DNA of 64,000 nt from Bilabrum cf. latius (taxonomy: Eukaryota). Positions within the stretch are counted from its first letter, which is position 1; every line of letters starts with the position of its first letter. Below, piece by piece: positions 34,822 through 46,400 of the stretch. The translations under genes and the position numbers were made by a program. The stretch is taken from the NCBI GenBank assembly GCA_965178125.1, contig OZ237751.1, positions 186,001-250,000 on the forward strand. Direction: 5' to 3'. Under the pieces are notes generated by a model. That model was not told the origin of the DNA and did not search any database. It saw only the letters and a list, made by a program, of their open reading frames with translations.

Positions 34822-35643
34822 TATCGTCTCTCGTCGTGCTAGATGTATCGCCTCTCGTCGTCACCTGACGGCAGAGACCCTTCGGAAGAACAAAGTCGCT
34901 TCGAGCATAGATTATGTATTTCAGAATGTACTAGAAGTGTATCTGAGAAAACGCAAACATTGAATCGAAATTCGAGCATAATCGCGGCAGTTGCAGTTGT
35001 AATCCGCGCCGCAATCCCCGAGTAGTACTACTAGCACACTGTGGTATAGTATGATATCGTGGCTAGGACCTGCGGCGTACCCGTTTGGTGATACATGTTA
35101 GCGTCATGGTCTATTCAGTTCCATACCTATCGCAATCTAGTGTTGAAATCAGTTGTCATCGAAAAGGTCCGCCGTTCGCGCTGCTCAACCATGCCATCAG
35201 TGATCGGGATTGCATGCGGCACAGTCTCCGTGGTGACATTGGCAATTCAAGTAATGCAATCAGGTATACGAGATTCTTGGCGGCTCTAGCCCTACTTTCC
35301 CAGAGTATTCTTTCCTAGTTTGTAGTAGTACCCGCTGATCATTGGGCGCACGTTGCAACAATTCAACGACTTCAAAGTGAGAATAGGAAGCAAATGTAAT
35401 AGTATAAGCATAAGACAGGATCACTGTCTGCTCCTCTGGTAAGAAGGACCTAGCTGCAGGAATCTGATACAGATGCTTTCGTAGGTTTGACCTATCCAAA
35501 CGAGAACGTTCTGTTTGACTGAACCAACCTAATCAGCACACATGCAATCGCTACAAATCGAAGTCAACCTAGATGCACACATATCTTGCAACTGGCCCTG
35601 CAGATCCATGCACCTTCTGCTGGGCCCTGTCCCGGCAAAGGGA

Positions 35644-35736
35644 GCTGCAGGACCCCTCATACAAAGGGGGCTGCAGGACCCCTCTTACGAAGGGGGCTGC
35701 AGGACCCCTCTTACAAAGGGGGCTGCAGGACCCCTC
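35644..35736. repeat. 26-bp tandem repeat (GCTGCAGGACCCCTCTTACAAAGGGG) x3.5
   Basis: Units at 35644, 35670 and 35696 and a partial unit at 35722, with single-base variants; each unit has a CCCCT/AGGGG stem. Confidence 0.9.
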
Positions 35737-36062
35737 TCAGCTGCACCTAGTCCCACGGCCACCAAACAGACTTGCCATGGGAGTCATCTGTTTCAGCTTC
35801 TTCTTGCTCGGCACTGGCTGCCCTGACTGGGCCGAGGGCCCCGCGCCTTCCTTGCCTATAGTCCCCTACTAGTAGGTTGCAGCGGGTGCAGAAGCTGGCA
35901 CCCCCTCGCGCCCGCCGGAATGGCCCCTCCTGCTGCCCCGGCCCCTGCTGCCCCGGCCCCAACCTCCCTGCCCCTGCTGCCGCTGCTGCCCCGGCCCCTG
36001 CCACTTCCGGCTCCAGCTCCAGTGTCTGCACTGCTGCTGCTGCTGCTGCTGCTTAGAGCCAG

Positions 36063-36843
36063 TTGACTATCTGGCAGCCACTCGATCGACATCCACTGGC
36101 ACCTTCTTCCACCATTGTCTATCTGGCAGCCACTCGATCGACATCCACTGGCACCTTCTTCCACCATTGTCTATCTGGCAGCCACTCGATCGACATCCAC
36201 TGGCACCTTCTTCCACCATTGTCTATCTGGCAGCCACTCGATCGACATCCACTGGCACCTTCTTCCACCATTGTCTATCTGGCAGCCACTCGATCGACAT
36301 CCACTGGCACCTTCTTCCACCATTGTCTATCTGGCAGCCACTCGATCGACATCCACTGGCACCTTCTTCCACCATTGTCTATCTGGCAGCCACTCGATCG
36401 ACATCCACTGGCACCTTCTTCCACCATTGTCTATCTGGCAGCCACTCGATCGACATCCACTGGCACCTTCTTCCACCATTGTCTATCTGGCAGCCACTCG
36501 ATCGACATCCACTGGCACCTTCTTCCACCATTGTCTATCTGGCAGCCACTCGATCGACATCCACTGGCACCTTCTTCCACCATTGTCTATCTGGCAGCCA
36601 CTCGATCGACATCCACTGGCACCTTCTTCCACCATTGTCTATCTGGCAGCCACTCGATCGACATCCACTGGCACCTTCTTCCACCATTGTCTATCTGGCA
36701 GCCACTCGATCGACATCCACTGGCACCTTCTTCCACCATTGTCTATCTGGCAGCCACTCGATCGACATCCACTGGCACCTTCTTCCACCATTGTCTATCT
36801 GGCAGCCACTCGATCGACATCCACTGGCACCTTCTTCCACCAT
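36063..36843. repeat. 52-bp minisatellite, 15 essentially identical copies
   Basis: Unit TTGTCTATCTGGCAGCCACTCGATCGACATCCACTGGCACCTTCTTCCACCA; period 52 (36063, 36115, 36167...); a single monomer sits at 29708-29760 in copy 1; no spacers. Confidence 0.97.
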
Positions 36844-39497
36844 CACGATCGCGTCTCGTCCTAGCTGCGACCCACTGCTCGCAAGAGGCTGGCACTCGAC
36901 TGGGACAGCTCCAACGCCACGCCCTACCGCTGGCCCGAGCTCGAATCGGGCTGCCCCTCCCCGCCAGCTCGCTGCAGCCTGACGCTTTCGGCCGCAGCTG
37001 CCAGGGGCCCGCCCAGTCCCGGATCAGTAGGCAGGCCAGAGCCCCTGGCCTCTCCCGCCAGACCTAGGTCCGAACACCCGTCCGCTCCACTGGCAGCGAA
37101 TCCCCCCGCCAGTGCCGGGTCGCCAGCTGCCCCTGCCCCTACCCCTGCCCCTGCCCCTGCCCCTGCCCCTGCCCCTGCCCCTGCCCCTGCCCCTGCCCCT
37201 GCCCCTGCCCCTGCCCCTGCCCCTGCCCCTGCCCCTGCCCCTGCCCCTGCCCCTGCCCCTGCCCCTGCCCCTGCCCCTGCCCCTGCCCCTGCCCCTGCCC
37301 ACGCCAGGCCGGCACCTAGCTCCTCGTCCTCGTCGTCCAGCGGGGCTTGATACAGCTCGCACCCGCACGTCGCCCTGCAGCACAACTCGAGCGGCCCCTA
37401 CCACAGACCAAAGCACCGATACCCCCACAGCACGTCCGACAGCACACCGAGCAGCCCGAACGCGATGCACATCGCAACGATGGACCCAGGCGCCACCTCG
37501 TGGTACGACATGACCATGGAGATCCCTGCGGCAAGCACGAAGAACGCCGACAGGATCTAGAACCGGCGGTGCACCCGCCAGGCACCCGCTCTCGCGACGA
37601 TCTCCTCGCTGACCGCCACCGTGCCACCGCCCGTGCTCGCGGCGGCCGACACCTGCCGCCTAAGAGCAGCCCGGGCCAGGTCGGCCTCGAAGTTCGGCTC
37701 CTTCTCCTTCTCCCTCTCCCTCTCGGTCTGCTGCCTCATCCCGGCGGGTTCCCCCGGGCCCCCCTGGTGGTGGCTGAGGGTGTCGGGCAGCCGTCCCTGG
37801 GCCTGGATCCGGACCGCGTGGCTGCCGAATGGGCTGCTGCCGGCGTCTTGGCTGCCCGCTTGAGTCACGTTCCGGCGGTGCACGGGCGGTGGCTCGCTCT
37901 TGGCACCCCTTACGTGGGAACTGCTTGACCCCCCCGGGGGCCCCCCCGGTGGGGTCTCTCCACCCCTTAGCGAAGAGGGGGGGCCGAGGGGTGAGGGCAA
38001 GAAGGGCGCTCCCAGGAAGCTCCCCGTCCTAAGCTGCCGCGTGATCTCTTGCTCCATGTGCTCGTTGGCCTGCCGCCTCTCCCTGGCCCCCGCCGCGCCC
38101 AGCACGATCACCCCAGCCATGCCACACCACACGATGATGGCGTAGACGGTGGCCATGAACTTGTCTCCGAACCGCAGCCCGGCAGAGGGAGGCCCCTGGT
38201 CCGACGCGGTTGCGTGGAACAGCACGGCAGCCGTCAATCCGGAGCCGAAAAGGGACACGCGGGTGGTTGCGTTTGGCGGTCCCACCGCCAGCGCAAGCAG
38301 CTGCACCACGGCTATAAACACGGGCGGCAGCACGAAGCGCACGAAGCGGGCGGCAGGTGGTCTCCGCAGCGCGAGCGTGGCGGTGAACCGCGAAAAGTAG
38401 GCCGTCTTGGAGGACGGGTCCGAGGAGAAGAAAGAGGCGGAGGAGGAAGGGGAGGGTGGTGACCCGAAGAACGAGAAGGGGGCGACGACATGCCCGCCAC
38501 CCGTCAGCCGCTCCTGCTGCTCGGGAGTCGCCACCGGCACAGTGTCGATGCTGATGCTGGCCGCCTCAGACTCAGGCTGGTCACCACCTCGCGGCTGTTG
38601 ATGGCCCGCCCAACTTCTGTGCGCACCCAGCACGGAGTCGCGGTCCTAGTCCGCTGGCGCCGCCAGGATGCCCGTGTACTTGGTGAGCACGACGTCCGAG
38701 CTCGCTCTCTCCACCTTCCAGCCGGCGGCGGTGAGTGTGGGTGACACCACGGGTCCGCTCTGCGGGCTGAACTGCAGCGACGCGTTCGAACGTCGCGGGT
38801 CCTCCACGATGATGCGCAGCTGCTGCCGCTCGAACGGCCATAGTTTGTATTCCGGCTCGTAGTAGAAGGTGCTCTTCACGCGGTACTGCTGCGTCGTGTT
38901 CCTGCTCGCCACAAACTTGTTCACGACCCGCACGGTGGGGTACTTGGCCGCGTTCGGCAAGACGCTCTCGATGGCATCGGCCGCGGTGCACGTCTGGCCG
39001 CGCGGCGGACAGCTGCCCGTGTACGCTGATTGCCCTTGCGCCGCAGAAAAGAACAGATAAAAGTCCGCGTCGAACGTGCCCAAGCGCGGCTGCACGTTGG
39101 CAATGTTCAGCACGTACACGCCCACAAAGACGCGCTGGTCGTCGTTTGAATACGCATCCTGCAGGTCTCGACCGTGGCCCTTGGCATGAAAGGGATCTTG
39201 AAGCATCATATCCCAGTCGGGGCTTTCCGTGCCTGCGGTGCTGCCAACTGTTCCTAGCGCGGTCGTCGTCCCAAACTCGCTGGCATGTAAGACGGCGCTC
39301 AGCGCGCCAAGTGAGGCAAGCAGCATTGCGTAGGCCAATGGCGCGCCTCCGCACTTTGCCAAAGGCTTGGCTGCTCGCGAACATTGCGAGCGCAATCGTC
39401 CACCGTCGCGGTGGGTGTAGCCCGCCGGCAATGCTCGCGTGCCCGAACCGCTCTAGAGCGGCTGCCTGTTCGGTTGGAATCCTGCCGGCCCGCGCAT
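36843..39497 (-). CDS. Cys-less pentameric ligand-gated ion channel subunit, copy 2; start may instead be ATG 39326
   Basis: Same motifs as copy 1 (YKLWPFERQQLRIIVED; M2 RVSLFGSGLTAAVLFH). TAG at 38646, 37557, 37398, 36924 and 36861, positions shared with copy 1; TGA at 36843. Confidence 0.85.
37127..37300. repeat. (CCCCTG)n hexamer expansion encoding poly(Gly-Ala) in the channel C-terminal tail
   Basis: 22 more units than the equivalent tract at ~30044-30085 (ORF pieces 153 vs 109 aa). Confidence 0.95.
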
Positions 39498-40161
39498 GAG
39501 ACACTATGGATTGTTTGCTCTGCCCTGCATGGCCAGCCTAAAGAAAAACCTGCTCTCTTCCGTTGGCACAAGGCCGCGGCATCATGCAACATGCTCCGGA
39601 TCGATCCATCCAAGAATTCGAGCCAAGTTGCATCTCCCAAGCGTGCGAATGATTGCCACTCCGCATGGATGACGTTGCACATATCAACTGTGGTACCGAA
39701 TCGGCTGCCGCCTTGCGCGGCGGTAAGCCGAGCAAACGGATGACTGCAAGCCGCAGCCTAGCAGTGGGTGTTTGTTCGCGCTGTGGGTGCCCTAGCGATT
39801 CACCACCCGACTTTGTGGGTACTGTGTAGCTTTCATAAGGCACATCGCTTCGTGTCGAGAGCCGCGGTAGCGAATGGGCCACGGGAACCGTCCCATGTAG
39901 GACGCACTTGGAGCACGTCGGCTGACCACGCCCTTGCGTTCAATGCAAGCGCACCGTTGCCATGGTTCAACTTGCAAAGGAGCTGAGTATCGGAATTACA
40001 CGATTTTGTTGAGTATGGACCCCTGTGCGTCCGAAGATGCAGGTGCAATACTCTCGTTCTCGCCAGACGATCGGCCACCTCGCCGTTCCACCTGATGTGA
40101 GGCCGAGCAGCGATCAGCCAAGTACACGAGGATATTATATAGCAAAATCTGAGCACTCGCT

Positions 40162-40449
40162 CGAAGGGTCTCCGGGTCCGGAAAATGACGAGGGGGCTCG
40201 ATTAGGACACCCAGGCGGGTGATCCTGGTATCGAGCCCACGCCAACTTGGCAACTCTAAAAACAATCCGGAAAGGCCATGCCGGCAAGCCTCCCCGCGGA
40301 GTTCGCGGCTGGAGGTGTGCCGTGCGCGTGCCGCGCCGTGTCGATTCTTTTTTCATTATCATCTGTTTGTCCCTCTCTCCTCTTTATCGTCTCTCTCGTC
40401 GTGCTTGCTTGCTGCAAGCATCCAATGACCTGCCGCCAGAGACCCTTCG
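40162..40449 (+). ncRNA. Candidate structured non-coding RNA (~290 nt), family unidentified
   Basis: 11-bp terminal helix CGAAGGGTCTC/GAGACCCTTCG. Hairpins GGCTCGAT..AGGACACCC-AGGC-GGGTGATCCT..ATCGAGCC, CGGCA-AGCCTCCCCGCG..CGCGGCTGGAGGT-G-TGCCG and TGCTTGC/GCAAGCA. TATA-like TATTATATA lies ~20-30 nt upstream. Confidence 0.4.
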
Positions 40450-40475
40450 GAAGAACAAAGTCGTTTCTAACACAG

Positions 40476-43400
40476 TCACTCCACCTGAAGCCCTAAAGAG
40501 CCCACCGCGTCCACCAGCACGTTGCCCGCCACAGCCGCCTCGGCCATCTCGAGCAAGCACTGCATAGCCTTGCAGTCCAGCAGCCGCCGCTGGGTGTTGA
40601 GCCGCACCTGCACCGTCAGCCCGCCCACCTGCACCCCCGCACTCTCCCCCGCAACCCCCTTGAGCACCCGCACGCCTTCCACCGCGTGCAAAGGCGCGCC
40701 CGAGGCCTCCCTCAGCGCCCCGGACGCATCCGCAGCGCCGTCCACCTCCTCGCCCACCACGGGGGGGATGGCACGCCCAATCACGGCGACGCCCGCAGGT
40801 GCCTCGCCAGCGGCTCCGATCGGACGGGGCACAGCCCCCGCGACTCGCCGCGCCGCCGCGAGGCTCCCGGGGGGCACGACCACCATGGCGGCGGGGGACA
40901 GGGCCGCGCCAGCTGGCCAGCAAAAGGACCGGGAGCCCGCCTGCACGGCAGCCGCGAAGGGGTCAAGCGCTGACGGCCCCCCAATGCCCTTGGCCGTCCA
41001 CTGCTGCCACACGACCGCCTGCCCGGGCCGCGGACCCAGCGAGCCGGCCTGCAGGGAGGCGCCCCTAGACAGCACCGCGCATTCCCACAGCTGGGCGGAG
41101 AGCTGCTGCAGCAGAGCAGAGACGGCGGCGGACGCGGCGCCCCGCCCGGACACGTCCACGGGAAGATCGCCGGCGCCACCGCTTCCGAACCGTCCCCGCC
41201 TCGTGAGCGCGCCAGCGTTCACGGCCGGCAGCACGCCCAGCGCCAGACCGCCCTCTCCTCCCTCTGTTCCCTCCCGCGACGACAGCCCGGCAGCGACGGC
41301 CTCCTCGGCCAGCGCGTCCCCGTCTGGGCCCGCGTGCGCGACCGCCACTCCAACCGCGGCGTCCCTCCACGGGCCCGGTCCCACCGTCCTCCGACTGCCC
41401 ACGGAGGATCCCGCCGGCATGCCTCTCGTGTTCCTCCTGAGCCCAGCCTGCGAGGCAGACTCGCCCACGGCCGAACCCACGAGCGAAGCCGGGCCCGCGA
41501 TCAGCGCAGCCCTGGCCCCCAGTCCGTCAAACCGGGTGCTCTCGCGAGCCCGGGCGCCCGCCCTACCCCTTGCCAGCGCCGCCCGCCGCCTCTTGCGCGC
41601 CTTATCCACGACCTCCTCCGAGGCTCGCCACACGATCGCGTCCACCACACCGGCCGCGTCCGAAGCCACCAGCGCGTCGCGGGCCGGTATCCCAGTCCTC
41701 GCCGCGGCCCCCACCGCGGCGGCATAGGCCAGCAGCGAGGCGTTCTGGGGGTCGGGCGCCCCTTTCCTTGCCAGTGCCTTGAGCGCCGCACCCGCCAGAG
41801 CCTGGGAGGAGGACGAGGAGGAGGCCCCCCCCATCGCGCCCCCGACCGCCTTGCCCTCCATGCCCCCGTCCTCGACCCCCCTCTGCCCCCGCGCCGCAGT
41901 GCCGTGCAGCCCAGCCCGCCTGGCCACCGCCGCCGCCCGTGCTCCCTGGACGAGGGCCATGGCTTGCGACTCCTCGGAGGCGACCGCCGCCAGCCTGCGG
42001 AGGTCCTCGGGCAGCATGGGCGAGGGCAGCGAGCGGAGGAGCGACCGCGCGATCACGGGCTGCATGGCCTGCGCCAGAGACGGCACCTGCCGCGCGATGG
42101 CCGCCCAGAAGCGGCGGGGCTGCTCCTGCGGGGCCGCTGCGTCGTCCTGCACCACGGCAGACGCGGCCAGGTTGCGGGCGTGCGGGCTGCCGTCGCTGTT
42201 CCCCTGAGCGTCTAGGTACCTGGACCAGTCCAGCGCAGCCTGCGCCATCACGGCACGCTTGGCACCCGCGTCCACCTGCGTGAACCGCACCCCGCTGGTA
42301 CCGGTACCATTTCCGCCGCCCCAGCCCCTGCCCCTGGCGCCGGCCCCCAGCCCCAAGTTCCCGAAACCGGACCGCATCGCATCTCCCACCGCTGACCGAA
42401 CCGAGGCAGCCACCCCCTTCACCGCCTCGGCGTTCCAGCGGCGCACCGACTCGCCCATGACAAACCGCTTGGTTTCGCTCGAGAGCAGGCAGGCGGACAG
42501 GTCATCCACCACGCCAGTCACAGCGGCCACACCGCCCGCGTCCAGGTCAGAACTCGCAGACCAGCCCGCGTGCCGCGCGGCGTGCGGGCCCGCCCCCACC
42601 CCCTCCGTCCCAGTGATGCTGCCCCGCCTGCCCCTCCGCCGATCGAAACCCCACCGCCTAAGCACCCTCAGCCGCCGGGCCGCGCCGTCAGGGTCACCCT
42701 CGTACACCCCCTGGGCCACCATGGCGTGGGGCCGTCCGTCCAGTTCTCCTACCGCACCACTGCTGTCGCCGCTGCGGCCGGGAGACCCAAACCCGCCCTG
42801 CCGCGTCCTCCTCCTCCCGGGGCTCCCGCCGGAGCCGCCGCTGCCGGTTGCCCGCCTTCGAGGGCTGGCCCCCGCACCGAGGTGCTCCACGAGCGCCTGC
42901 TCCGATCGACCGGGTCCCTGCCTCACGACCGCCGCGCTTGTGTCGGGCAGCGGGAGGCCCCTGGGCCCCACGGGCAGCCTGTGGTGCGGGTGCGTCCCTT
43001 GCTGGAGCTGCTGCTCATGGAGCCCGCCGTCCCTTGCAATCGAGGCGCGGCGCAGGGGGGCGCTCACCTCCCTCGCAGCTGACGGGCCCATGTGCCTCGC
43101 CTGCTCCTCCGCCTTGGAGTGCAGCACGGAGGGGTGCAGCAGCAGGGCAGAGACCACCTGCGACAGCTTGGTGCGGCGACCGCCCCCGCCCCCGGAGCCC
43201 GCGCTGTCCAAGCTGCCCCGGCGGCCCCCTCTGCCGAACCCCTGCGAAGCCACCCTCGCCCCTAGACCCTGATGCGAGCCGTCCATGGCACCGCCGCTGG
43301 TGGACGCGCCGCCGCCCTCGCCGCCCCCAGTGAGAGAAGAAGCAGCGCTCCCGCCTGCAGCCCTGGGCCCGAGTGGAACGGAGCTGCGGTCCAGCAGCAG

Positions 43401-46400
43401 CGCGCCGCTCTGGGGCTGCAGCTCGCGATGCGAGAGGCCCTGCCTCGCCCGCTGCAGGCTCTCCCCCGCCTGCTCCGGGTCTGCCTCGCCCAGCCGGCTC
43501 TTCACCCGACGAGCCGCCCACCGGATCCGCAGCAGCAGAGCCACGGCCTCGCCCAGCGTCCCAGAGACCCAGGCCATGGACCAGCGCTGCAGCCGCCGGC
43601 GCAGGCGGTGCCGCATGGCCGCCGAGGCGCTCACGGCCTGCGCCGAGAAGCTCCTCCTGCCCACCGGGAGCGCTTCCTGCCCCGACGAAGACCGGGAGAG
43701 TCCGCCGGCGCCGGGGTCAGTCCCCCCCGTCACGGTCTCGGCGGGCAGAAGCAGGTCCAGGAGCTGCCGGGTGCGCGCCCGCAGTGCGTCCGTGCGCTTG
43801 TCGTCCCGTCCCGGCCGGGCGCCCAAGCTGCCACCTGTTTCGCGACCGGCTGATGCTCCTCCTCCGATTTCATGTCCTCCTCCTGCAAACGGGACGGCCG
43901 AGCCTGCCCTGAGGTAGCCTGCGTTGTACTACTGCCGCTCCTCCTCCTCCTTCTACTGCTGCTGCTGCTGCCCTGTTGCATGCCCAGACCCGCCCCCTCC
44001 CGCAGGCAGCCGAGGCTCTCCCCCCTCCATGAGCTCCACCACGTCGCGCCCGAGCTTCCACTCGAAACCGTCGTCCTGCGCCTCCTCGCCGTCCAGAATG
44101 GCCGCGAGCGGGGCTGCAGTCCGGTGCGCCCCCTCGGCCGCCGCTGCCACTACCAGCCTCTCACCGCCCTGCAGCGCACCGGCACCGGCACCCGCACCGG
44201 CACCGATGCCGCTGCCACCCACGCAAGGATGATGCCTGTCAGACAGGTCGTCGTCCGAGTCCCCGGCCTCGTCGTCGAAGTGGCCTCCGATCGGTGCCAC
44301 GCTGCCCGTCACCTTGCGCCTGCGCAGGGCCCTCATCCCGCCCTCGGAGGCCTCGGCCAGCGACATGCCCTGCCCGTCCTCCTCCGTGCGCCCGCCCATG
44401 AGATCTCCGAACCGCTTGCGACCACCCAATCTGGATCCGGATCGCGCCGCCCGGGACTCCCCTTTGGCCACCCCGACCACCGAGTGCAGGCTAGCCGCGG
44501 CATCCACCAGCCGCTGCGACAGCACCCTGCACACGTCAGTCTCGAGGGCCCGGAGCCGCCGGAGCCCGTCCAGCCGAGCCCTCTGCCTCCTCGAGTGGCT
44601 GGACCTGGTGTGCGAGGGAAAGGCCGTCGCCAGCACCCGCAGAAAGGCGGCCTCCAGCCGCCGGATGGCCCGTCTCGCCGCGGGTGCTTGTGGGCCCCTG
44701 ACTCCCACCGCGTGCCCAAACTGGACCCGAGGGTCCTGCGGGACCTCGTCGTCACCGGAGGCAGCCGCACCCTTGAAGCGCTCGCTCCCCGCCCCGCCCA
44801 GCCCATGCACCGCCGCGGCCTCGCGCTCACCCGCCTCCCCGGTCGACGAGAGGGCACCAACAGGGAAGCTTACGGCCGCCTGGGACGCCACAGTCCAGGC
44901 GGGCCCGCAGGCAGCAAAAGCCGCCGCGGCCACCCGGGCCCTCTGCGCCTGCCTCGCCCTCTCCTTTGCACGGGCACTCGCAAACTTGGGCTCGCCCCCA
45001 GAGCGCGCATCTGCCTCTTTGTTCACAGCCCGCACGGCCTCTTCTTCCAGCGCCGACAGCGCGGTGCTCTCGATCGCCGGGCCCAGCCGCGCCACGCCCG
45101 CCACCATGCCCACCGGCAGCTCCACGCGGCACCGCAGCACCGGCTCGCCGCGACCGTTGGCGGATACGCCTGCTGCCGCTGGCCCCGCGGCCCCGCCCCC
45201 GAGCAGCCCGAGCAGCGCCGCAGCCGCCCCGTCCCCCCCCTAGGCCGCTCGCTGCACGGCCCCGCTCGCGTCCTCCTCCCACCGGAGGGCCCTGGCCACC
45301 GCCACCCCGCGGGGGAGAGCAGCGGGGAGGCCCATGAGCTCAGAGTGCCCTGCGTGGGCACCGGCGGGGAACAGGCTCGCGGGCGCGCCCAGCACCGCCT
45401 CGGCTGCCCCGCTCGGAGCGTCGTCCTCCCCCGACGCGCCCACTGGGACAGCCCCGCTGCCCGCCTGCACTCGCATGGACCGCAGACCCTCGGGCGCTGC
45501 CAGGATGGACGCACCCAGGGCCATCATCGCGGCTGCCTCTCCCTCCGCGGTCAGCAGTGGAGGAGCATCGAAGGCAGCCACGGGGCGGTACGAGTCGGGG
45601 ATGGGGGGTGCGACCACTGGCATAGATGCGCCCGGTGACGCGAGTGCATTTTGTTCCCTGGACCCGAGTGCGTGTTGCGCCCCTGCCCCCCGCGGGGTGC
45701 TTGGGTGGTCAGCGATAGGGGCCAGCGGTGGGACGGCAGGTCGCTGTGCGTCGCGCCATCCCTCCTGGCTGGGTTCCTCGAGCTCGTTCGAAGATTCTTC
45801 CATTTCATGCTTTTCCTCCTCCTCGCCGCTGTCTGCTTCCTGCTTGCTTTCTTCTTCCGTTTCTGGACAGCGCCCCTCCACCTCCACCACCACGGGAGGC
45901 CCCCGCCTGCCGTCTTCAAGGGCACCCTCGCCACCTGCCTCTCTCGCAACACGGCCAGTGACTCGGTTGTCCTCCTGCTGCTTGCTCTCCTCCACCTGTT
46001 CATGCCCATGCCCATGCCCATGCACACCCGGGCCAGCGACGGCACCTCGTAGCCCTCCCGTCCTTGACTTCTTGCCGCCCCTGGCCCGGTCCTCGAGGCG
46101 GTGAACCTCGTTGCCATTCGAAGAGTCCGACGGCTGCACCTCCACCCGGCCCACAGCCACAGGACGATGCGCGAAGCTGCCTCCAGCCAGCGGTGCCTGC
46201 CACTGAGGCGCACCGTGCACTGAATCCTCCTCGATCGAGTCAGTCTCGACCGCGCTTGCAGCCCCCCAGGCCTGCCTGGCCTCTCGCTCCAAGAGCCTGC
46301 CCTCCTCGGCCAGCAGTCGTCTGGCCTCCTGCCCCTCTCGCTCCCGGACCATCCCGAGGCGGGCTCGCCGGGCCTCGCTCGCGGCCGCCAGCAGCTGCCT

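Larger units (their letters stand above)
33167..34884 (+). ncRNA. Candidate structured RNA, copy 1, disrupted by inserted mobile elements
   Basis: Same terminal helix (CGAAGGGTCTC at 33167 / GAGACCCTTCG at 34874) and internal hairpins as 40162..40449, but with 33378..34821 inserted. Confidence 0.35.
29697..34902. repeat. Segmental duplication, copy 1 (paralogous to 36052..40467; carries ~1.45 kb of inserted elements)
   Basis: Shared start cttagagccagttgactatct, a near-identical channel gene and upstream region, and shared end gagacccttcggaagaacaaagtcg. Confidence 0.92.
36052..40467. repeat. Segmental duplication, copy 2
   Basis: Direct-orientation paralogue of 29697..34902. It lacks the mobile-element insertions but has expanded 52-bp and 6-bp repeats. 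Confidence 0.92.

Noticed and set aside
36063-36843. CRISPR array
   Set aside because: Units are contiguous and identical with no unique spacers, no cas genes are present, the context is eukaryotic, and the monomer exists singly in the paralogous copy.
36063-37067. Repeat-protein ORFs of 249-334 aa in three plus frames
   Set aside because: They are a by-product of a stop-free 52-bp unit cycling through frames, with no coding evidence.
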